The notes under the pieces were generated by a model, which had not been told where the DNA came from, ran no database searches, and saw only the letters and a list, made by a program, of their open reading frames with translations. Source: Planctomycetota bacterium (GTDB lineage Bacteria; Planctomycetota; UBA11346). Taken from it: a stretch of DNA of 64,000 bases. Every line of letters begins with the position of its first letter. Within the stretch, counting starts at the first letter, position 1. The translations under genes were made by a program, and so were the position numbers. This document shows, in pieces, positions 58,411 through 64,000 of the stretch. The stretch lies in NCBI GenBank assembly GCA_013696105.1, contig JACCZE010000036.1:13891-77890 (forward strand), read 5' to 3'.

Positions 58411-59099
58411 GACCCGTGCGTTCCCTGCCCGAGCGACAGGTCGCGGGCGAAGCTGTCGACCTCGGCACGCACCCAGGCCTGCACGAGAAGATAGACGAGC
58501 AGCACCACGCCCGCGGTGGCCAGCGGTGCGATCCAGAGCGGAACCTCAGACCTCAAGCCAGCATGGGCCGCCTGTTCCCGGCGGGGAACCGCCACGGCGC
58601 GGGATCCACCGAGGTCGTGCAGGATGTGATCGAGCAATGCACGCCGCCGATCGGCTCCTCGCTCGCCGGTGTGCTTGCCGGTGAAGCCGAGCGCCAAACA
58701 GATGCCGTACACTTCCAGGACCTCGATGCGTCGGGATCCCATGGAGCGCAGCTCATCGACCCGGTCGAAGAACACCTCTCCCGCGGCGAATTCATCGAAA
58801 TACCGCAGCTGCAGCGGATTCGCGCTCCAGCCTTCGCGGGCTGGCGATGTCGACGACATCACCCGCTCATCGATCAGCGCGCACAGGGCATACTTCGCGT
58901 CGCGCGCGTCCTCGAGCGGAAGACCAGCGCGCATCACGCGCGCCTCGAAATCCGCGAACGAAGCGTCGAACTGCGCGAACAAGGCATCGGCATCCGAACC
59001 GCCATCGAGTCCGCAGGCGAGCTTCACCACTCCGGCGCAGTGGTCGGCGAGCGTCCCCCGGTCGACCGCTTGGGAACCCGTGCGCGAATCTGCGCTCAT
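58407..59099 (-). CDS. tssL: type VI secretion protein TssL (DotU family)
   Basis: ATG 59099 forms ATGA with the tssK stop. DAKYALCALIDERV, LQLRYFDEFAAGEVFFDRVDEL, LEVYGICLALGFTGKH, C-terminal TM. No OmpA/PG-binding extension. Confidence 0.85.
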   Translation of the reverse strand: MSADSRTGSQAVDRGTLADHCAGVVKLACGLDGGSDADALFAQFDASFADFEARVMRAGLPLEDARDAKYALCALIDERVMSSTSPAREGWSANPLQLRYFDEFAAGEVFFDRVDELRSMGSRRIEVLEVYGICLALGFTGKHTGERGADRRRALLDHILHDLGGSRAVAVPRREQAAHAGLRSEVPLWIAPLATAGVVLLVYLLVQAWVRAEVDSFARDLSLGQGTHGS

Positions 59100-60451
59100 T
59101 CCGTCACCGCCAGCAGCTCCATGCTCGCGTCCGAGAACTCGTTCGGCAGGTAGATCGCCAGGCTGCGCGCATCGCGCGCGGAGATCCACTCATCCCCTTC
59201 GCGTCCGAGTTCGAAATAGCAGCGGCCGGGCTGCACCGGGATCTCTGCAGGTGGAATCGCGAGGTAGGTCAATCGCACCCCGCGCAGGGCCTGGGCGATC
59301 AGCAGGTCGAGTCGCCCAGCCGAGGCGACCTTCGCTTTCAGGGGGACTTCGCGCAGGACCTTCTCGGCCGGGAAGCTGGAATGCACCGACAGGTACATGC
59401 GCGCTGCCTGGAGGGTGTGTTCCGGCAGCGTGGCGGCATGGACGTGGTCGCGCGACCGGACGAGCGGGATCGGCACGTATCGCGTCGGGACGATGGCGTC
59501 GACCAACGACCGCAGCGCATCCTCCAGACGCGTGAAGCATCCCAGCGGATCATCGTGGGTATATCCCGGCACGTCCTTGGCGGCACGCGAGGTCGCGAAC
59601 GTGCACAGCTGTCCGGCCAATGCTGCGAGCTGGAGGAAGACCGTTTCGGGATGGACGTCGCCCATGGCGTGGGCGTGGGCGAGACCGGGGATGTGCCCAT
59701 TGACGGTGTGCAGCATGACGAAGTTCGCTACTTCCGAGACGGAGAATTCCACCGTTCCTTCTGCGCGCTCACGACGACGTGCTGCCATCTCGGCGCTGCG
59801 CGCGATCAGGACCTCGAGCATACGCCGCACGCAGGCGCGCAGCGACGGCGACACCCCGATTCCCAGGCATGCCGGCGCGAAGGAATCGCCGACGATCAGC
59901 CCGCCGGAGGTCGACCGCTGGACCTCGGCGAGCTTCAGCCACGCGTGATCCGCCAGGGACTCGCCCTCGATGACCAGGCGGAGATGCTTCGCGGCGAGTG
60001 CGATCTCACGGGCCCCGCCGCCGGGATTCCCATCGCGCACGGTCGCCGTCCGTCGGCGGTACCTGGTCGGCTGCCCATCGACGTGTCCGGAGTCGCTGAC
60101 GATCGCGCCGCCGATCCGTTCGATGGGCGCAGCGAGGAACACCGCGATCCGATCGCGTCCCGGAGCGAGCTCGATCGGTCGGGATTGCGGGATATCGTCA
60201 CCATTTCCCAGGTCGAAGGCCATGCCATCGGGCATGATCCCTTCGGCGGAAATGAGCGAGAAGCTTCCACCCGCGAGTGCGCGCGCATCGATCGCGAGCG
60301 ATGCGAAGCCATAGGCGCGAGGGCCGATCGCGCGCGCATGCTGCAGGATCGTGCGGCCATGATGGCGATCCCACTGCTGGAAATGCTGCGGCGTGAGGAA
60401 CATGCCCTCGTGCCACAAGACCTTCTGAGCATGAACGTGCGTGTCGATCAT
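59096..60451 (-). CDS. tssK: type VI secretion baseplate protein TssK
   Basis: 451 aa. KVLWHEGMFLTPQHFQQWDRH is the hallmark TssK N-terminus. Confidence 0.9.
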   Translation of the reverse strand: MIDTHVHAQKVLWHEGMFLTPQHFQQWDRHHGRTILQHARAIGPRAYGFASLAIDARALAGGSFSLISAEGIMPDGMAFDLGNGDDIPQSRPIELAPGRDRIAVFLAAPIERIGGAIVSDSGHVDGQPTRYRRRTATVRDGNPGGGAREIALAAKHLRLVIEGESLADHAWLKLAEVQRSTSGGLIVGDSFAPACLGIGVSPSLRACVRRMLEVLIARSAEMAARRRERAEGTVEFSVSEVANFVMLHTVNGHIPGLAHAHAMGDVHPETVFLQLAALAGQLCTFATSRAAKDVPGYTHDDPLGCFTRLEDALRSLVDAIVPTRYVPIPLVRSRDHVHAATLPEHTLQAARMYLSVHSSFPAEKVLREVPLKAKVASAGRLDLLIAQALRGVRLTYLAIPPAEIPVQPGRCYFELGREGDEWISARDARSLAIYLPNEFSDASMELLAVTE

Positions 60452-60460
60452 GGCGCCCCG

Positions 60461-60982
60461 TCAGCGCTGGTTGCGCGGCTGCGGTTGTTCGGTGTCGGTG
60501 CTCTCGGTCGATCTGCCGTCTTCCGTGATGGCGACGGAATATCCGGTGAACTGCAGCACCCTGGTCGAAGCCTGGTCGATCGGGATCACCACCGTGCGTG
60601 CATCCTTGGTCTCTGACCGCCGATAGAGCGCTAGGACCCCGATGAAGGCCGTGCCGGATTGGCGCTTACCGAGCCGGACCTCGGCCGGTCTGTCTGCAGG
60701 CGTGCCGGGAAAAATGGTCGCGACCACGCGATCGCCGAGCTTGTCGGGACCGAGCGCGTCCGTTTCCGACATCCACAGCTGATCGAACGACGCGGTGCGG
60801 AAGCGCTGATCGCTACGCAATTGGTAGAATCGCACGTCCACCGGCGTCGATTCCCCATGTTCGTTGAGATTCAGAGGACTCACTCCCCGCGCCTGGACGG
60901 TGACCGTTCCGCAGCCAGAGAGGAGGAGCAGCGCAGCGACGATCGCGATGCAGAGCTGAAATTTCACCGAGACCGTCTTCAT
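60461..60982 (-). CDS. tssJ: type VI secretion lipoprotein TssJ (SciN-like)
   Basis: 173 aa. Lipobox LLLLSGC. SPLNLNEHGESTPVDVRFYQLRSDQRF is SciN-like. First gene of the tssJKLM-tssA-hcp string. Confidence 0.75.
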   Translation of the reverse strand: MKTVSVKFQLCIAIVAALLLLSGCGTVTVQARGVSPLNLNEHGESTPVDVRFYQLRSDQRFRTASFDQLWMSETDALGPDKLGDRVVATIFPGTPADRPAEVRLGKRQSGTAFIGVLALYRRSETKDARTVVIPIDQASTRVLQFTGYSVAITEDGRSTESTDTEQPQPRNQR

Positions 60983-61142
60983 GGAGGAACGGCTTTTAAT
61001 GCGGACGGATTCGGTGCAAGTTCCATTTCAAGGTTACTCGCGATTTTATTTTTTCTTATGGTCGAGCATCGGCTCGGCTCATCCCCAGCGGACTTGACTC
61101 GCTGGTCGAGATTCCGATCTTCCCACCTCGCGCTGGGCCGAC
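60983..61142. promoter_or_regulatory. divergent T6SS control region (tssJ operon / vgrG operon)
   Basis: 160-bp spacer with the second most AT-rich stretch of the window (ttccatttcaaggttactcgcgattttattttttcttatgg). No confident promoter boxes assigned. Confidence 0.4.
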
Positions 61143-63206
61143 ATGAAACGCGTCCTCACATTTTCCAGCGCTGCAGTGGCGGATGACTGCTTCGTCGTGC
61201 TGTCGTTCTCTGGTCGCGAGGCCATGTCCGCGCTCTTCTCCTACGACATCGAGGTGATGTCGCGACGCGAAGACATCGATTTCGATGCGATGCTGCAGGA
61301 ACCTTCCTGGCTGGGCGTCCAGAAGGGCGTGAATCTCACCGACGGCGTCGACGGAGTGAAGACCCTGAAGATCCATGGCGTCGTTTCCGAATTCTCCCAA
61401 TTGGATCAAGGCGAAGGCTGGACGCGCTACCGCCTGACCCTGGTGCCAGCACTGTGGCGTTCATCGCTCAATGCGGGCAGCCGGATTTTCATGGGCTCGA
61501 GCGCCCCGCAGATCGTCGAACGACTGCTGAATGCCGTGGGCTTCACCCAGGAGGACTACGACCTGCGCTTGGATGCCGAGCGCTACCCAAAGCGCGAGTA
61601 TATCGTCCAGTATGGGGAATCGGATCTGCATTTCATCTCGCGCCTGCTCGAGCATGAAGGCATCTTCTACTATTTTGTGCATCGCGAGGGACGTTCGCAG
61701 CTGGTCCTCGGTGATTCACCCGATGCGTGCGAACGCCTGCCCGAACCGGCCACGTTCCGTCAAAGCCAGCAGAGCGACACCCAGGCGGGACTCGCTCATT
61801 GGAATCAGCCGGAAGCGATCCACGGCATGTCCTGCCGCCAATCAGCGGTTGCGGCGGAGATCGTGCTGCAGGACTACAATTACCGCTCGCCCGATCGCGC
61901 ACTCCTCGCCAAGGGACGGATCGCCGACAAGGCGGCGTTCGGCACCATCTATTCCTACGGTGACCACTACAAGGATCGCGACGAGGGCGCGTCGTATGCG
62001 CGTGTGCGCAGCGAGGAGATCGCCTGTGGCCGCCGCGTCTTCACCGGGCACGGGGATGTGCGTTCCTTCCGCACCGGCTCCAGCTTTTCGCTGCAGGACC
62101 ACTACCGCGACGATTTCAATGCGGGCTACCTGCTCACGGAGGTGGATCACCGCGGGTCGCAGGTGGTCGACCGCGGCAGCGGGGTGATCCAGACGTCGAG
62201 CTACGAGAATCGCTTCGCCTGCATCCGTGACGATGTCCCCTTCCGTCCCAGGCGCACGACGCCCAAACCCCGCATTGCCGGCGCGCTCAACGCGTTGATC
62301 GACGCCGCCGGTGCAGGCGAATACGCCGAGCTGGATGACCAAGGCCGCTACAAGGTCCGGTTGCCCCTCGACCTCGACGATCGCGCGAGCGGGGATGGCT
62401 CTCGCTTTGTGCGCATGGCGCAGCCCTACGCGGGCGAGGACATGGGCATGCACTTCCCGCTGCACAAGGGCACCGAGGTCCTGCTCACGCACGTGAACGG
62501 AGACCCGGACAGGCCGGTGATCGCCGGTGCGGTATCCAATCCCGGAACCGCGAACGTGGTGCGAGACCGCAACCAGAGCCAGGGCGTCCTGCGCAGCGCC
62601 GGTCACAACGAACTGCGTTTCGACGATGCCAGCGGCGGCGAGGAGCTGTATCTGCATGCCCAGCGGGATCAGGTGGTCGTCGTCCGCAACGATGAGCGCA
62701 TCTCCGTCGGACGTGACCACACGACGACGATCGCCCGCGATCGTTCGCTCGATATCGGCCGTGATGTCCGCATCGGGATCGCTGGAAAGCTCGCGGAGTC
62801 GATCGGTTCGCACGCCTCGATGTCGATCGTAGGCGACGCGCAGCGATCCGTCGGCGGCTCGGACGCGCTCTCGGTGGCGAAAGACCGCTCGGTCGACATC
62901 ACCGGTTCGATCGTCGAGCGGATCGGCGCGGATGTGACCGTCGAGATCGGTGGCGACGTTTCGGAATCGATCGCAGGTGATCGCACGGAAACCATCGCAG
63001 CAACCAGGACCATCACGGCGGACAAGGTCGTGATGGAAGCCGCTGAAGAGATCATCCTGCGGGCTGGGAAGGCGAGCCTGACGCTGCGTGCGGATGGCAC
63101 AATCGCGATCGATGGGGGCGATGTCCGCACCAGCGGCAGCGGCAGCATCGCGATCCGCGCGGCCAAGCAGGTGGCGATCCGCGGGGCCAAGGTCACGGGC
63201 AATTGA
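61143..63206 (+). CDS. vgrG: type VI secretion spike protein VgrG (TssI)
   Basis: 687 aa. gp27-like N-terminus (FSGREAMSALFSYDIEV), gp5 OB-fold region (MAQPYAGEDMGMHFPLHKGTEVLLTHVNGDPDRPVIAG), beta-helix repeats. No C-terminal effector extension. Confidence 0.9.
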   Translation: MKRVLTFSSAAVADDCFVVLSFSGREAMSALFSYDIEVMSRREDIDFDAMLQEPSWLGVQKGVNLTDGVDGVKTLKIHGVVSEFSQLDQGEGWTRYRLTLVPALWRSSLNAGSRIFMGSSAPQIVERLLNAVGFTQEDYDLRLDAERYPKREYIVQYGESDLHFISRLLEHEGIFYYFVHREGRSQLVLGDSPDACERLPEPATFRQSQQSDTQAGLAHWNQPEAIHGMSCRQSAVAAEIVLQDYNYRSPDRALLAKGRIADKAAFGTIYSYGDHYKDRDEGASYARVRSEEIACGRRVFTGHGDVRSFRTGSSFSLQDHYRDDFNAGYLLTEVDHRGSQVVDRGSGVIQTSSYENRFACIRDDVPFRPRRTTPKPRIAGALNALIDAAGAGEYAELDDQGRYKVRLPLDLDDRASGDGSRFVRMAQPYAGEDMGMHFPLHKGTEVLLTHVNGDPDRPVIAGAVSNPGTANVVRDRNQSQGVLRSAGHNELRFDDASGGEELYLHAQRDQVVVVRNDERISVGRDHTTTIARDRSLDIGRDVRIGIAGKLAESIGSHASMSIVGDAQRSVGGSDALSVAKDRSVDITGSIVERIGADVTVEIGGDVSESIAGDRTETIAATRTITADKVVMEAAEEIILRAGKASLTLRADGTIAIDGGDVRTSGSGSIAIRAAKQVAIRGAKVTGN

Positions 63207-63207
63207 C

Positions 63208-64000
63208 ATGGATCTGACCCACCCGTCCGAGCTCACTGCGCTGGCGGCATGGACCATGGATCAGGGCGGGCGTACCCGGCTGCTCATCACCATGGTCGGC
63301 GCCTTCACCTGCGCCGGCGACGTCGCAGAGCCCGAACCGATCCGGACCGAGGACGCCTTCAGCGGCGAGGCGGGAGCGAGCACTGTGACCGCGGTCACCG
63401 ATCTCGGCTGGAGCAAAACCGCGACCGACGTGATCCTGTATGCGGATGCCCTCGCCCCCGCCACGGGCGCGCGATCCTGCTCGGTCTCCCTCGCCATCGG
63501 ACCGATCGCCAAGACCGTGCGGGTGGTGGGTGATCGGATCTGGATGAAGCGGCTGTTCCGCTGGATCGCCAGCGATCCGCAGCCGTTCGAATCCATGCCC
63601 CTGGTGTGGGAACGGGCGTTCGGTGGTACGCTGACCACGCGCGACGGCTCCCCGGTGATGGACGAGCGCAATCCGATCGGCATCGGCCTGTATCATCCCG
63701 ATGCCGATCTGGCCCTGGCCGGGCTGCGCCTACCCAACATAGAGCACCCGGCGCATCTGTTCACGGCTCCACATGAACGTCCGGATCCTGCTGGATTCAC
63801 GCCGATCTGCGCGCATTGGCAGCCCCGCCGCGCGTTCGCCGGAACCTACGACGATGCGTGGCAGCGCGATCGCGCTCCCTTCGTGCCTGCCGATTTCGAC
63901 CCCCGGTTCCTGCAGTGCGCGCCTCGGGATCAGATCGTCTCGGGGCACTTGTCGGGCGACGAAGAGGTGCGGATCTCGGGCATCGCGCCTCTCGGTGAGT
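63208..64000 (+). CDS. DUF2169 domain protein (VgrG-associated adaptor family), partial
   Basis: Absent from the track because there is no stop in the window. ATG 63208 lies 1 nt after the vgrG stop. MDLTHPSELTALAAWTMDQGGRTRLLITMVGAF...MPLVWERAFGGT...ERNPIGIGLY...PNIEHP...FTPICAHWQPRR fits the DUF2169 pattern. Confidence 0.8.
   Translation, partial: MDLTHPSELTALAAWTMDQGGRTRLLITMVGAFTCAGDVAEPEPIRTEDAFSGEAGASTVTAVTDLGWSKTATDVILYADALAPATGARSCSVSLAIGPIAKTVRVVGDRIWMKRLFRWIASDPQPFESMPLVWERAFGGTLTTRDGSPVMDERNPIGIGLYHPDADLALAGLRLPNIEHPAHLFTAPHERPDPAGFTPICAHWQPRRAFAGTYDDAWQRDRAPFVPADFDPRFLQCAPRDQIVSGHLSGDEEVRISGIAPLGE

Noticed and set aside
60983-61142. Sigma-54 promoter (TGGCAC-N5-TTGC) in the T6SS divergent spacer
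   Set aside because: I scanned both strands by eye and found no acceptable GG-N10-GC element. Only the general AT-richness is reported.
1-64000. tRNA, rRNA, riboswitch or tmRNA genes
   Set aside because: Intergenic spacers are short (mostly under 220 bp). None showed cloverleaf-like pairing, conserved rRNA strings or riboswitch cores that I could recognise. A covariance-model scan would be needed to exclude small RNAs.

Overview
Densely coding, visibly GC-rich bacterial chromosomal window (roughly two-thirds G+C by eye, not computed). I saw no rRNA, tRNA or CRISPR array. The lineage cannot be fixed from sequence alone. DUF1573 proteins, PKD/LamG giants, many AraC/ECF/Ser-Thr-kinase regulators and a Cys-containing C-terminal tail would fit a planctomycete-, verrucomicrobial- or myxobacterial-type genome. 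Block 1 (1-39.9 kb) is an exo-enzyme island. It holds a DUF5060/clan GH-A hydrolase, a GH30-PKD-PKD-LamG protein, a BNR-propeller-PKD-PKD-LamG-LamG protein, a 1534-aa copper-radical-oxidase-like protein with Ig/CBM6 repeats, an FG-GAP/He_PIG giant, a PKD-propeller-di-haem-peroxidase and a second GH-A hydrolase. Interleaved are three paralogous AraC regulators, a transmembrane Ser/Thr kinase, an ECF sigma/anti-sigma pair, a CusBA-type HME-RND pump, EVE and PhyH genes, and two divergent orphan response regulators at the left edge. Four of the giants end in the same SR[GA]CG[LMF]G + hydrophobic + Arg-rich tail, and three of them carry a near-identical LamG module just before it. Block 2 (39.9-48.9 kb) has a decayed IS3-family element and a solo copy of its end. 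These bracket a tightly overlapping minus-strand operon of mostly uncharacterised envelope proteins (Cys-rich secreted protein, TPR-like, two DUF1573-type, alpha/beta-hydrolase-like, rhodanese, MauE-like), plus an O-antigen-ligase-like protein and an orphan response regulator. Block 3 (49-64 kb) has an orphan secreted protein, an EEP-family enzyme, phosphoserine phosphatase and half of a type VI secretion locus (tssJ-K-L-M-A-hcp divergent from vgrG-DUF2169; tssB/C/E/F/G/clpV not in the window). Most other long ORFs in the track are antisense or out-of-frame artefacts of high GC. All family calls rest on motifs I recognised by eye; no database search was possible.
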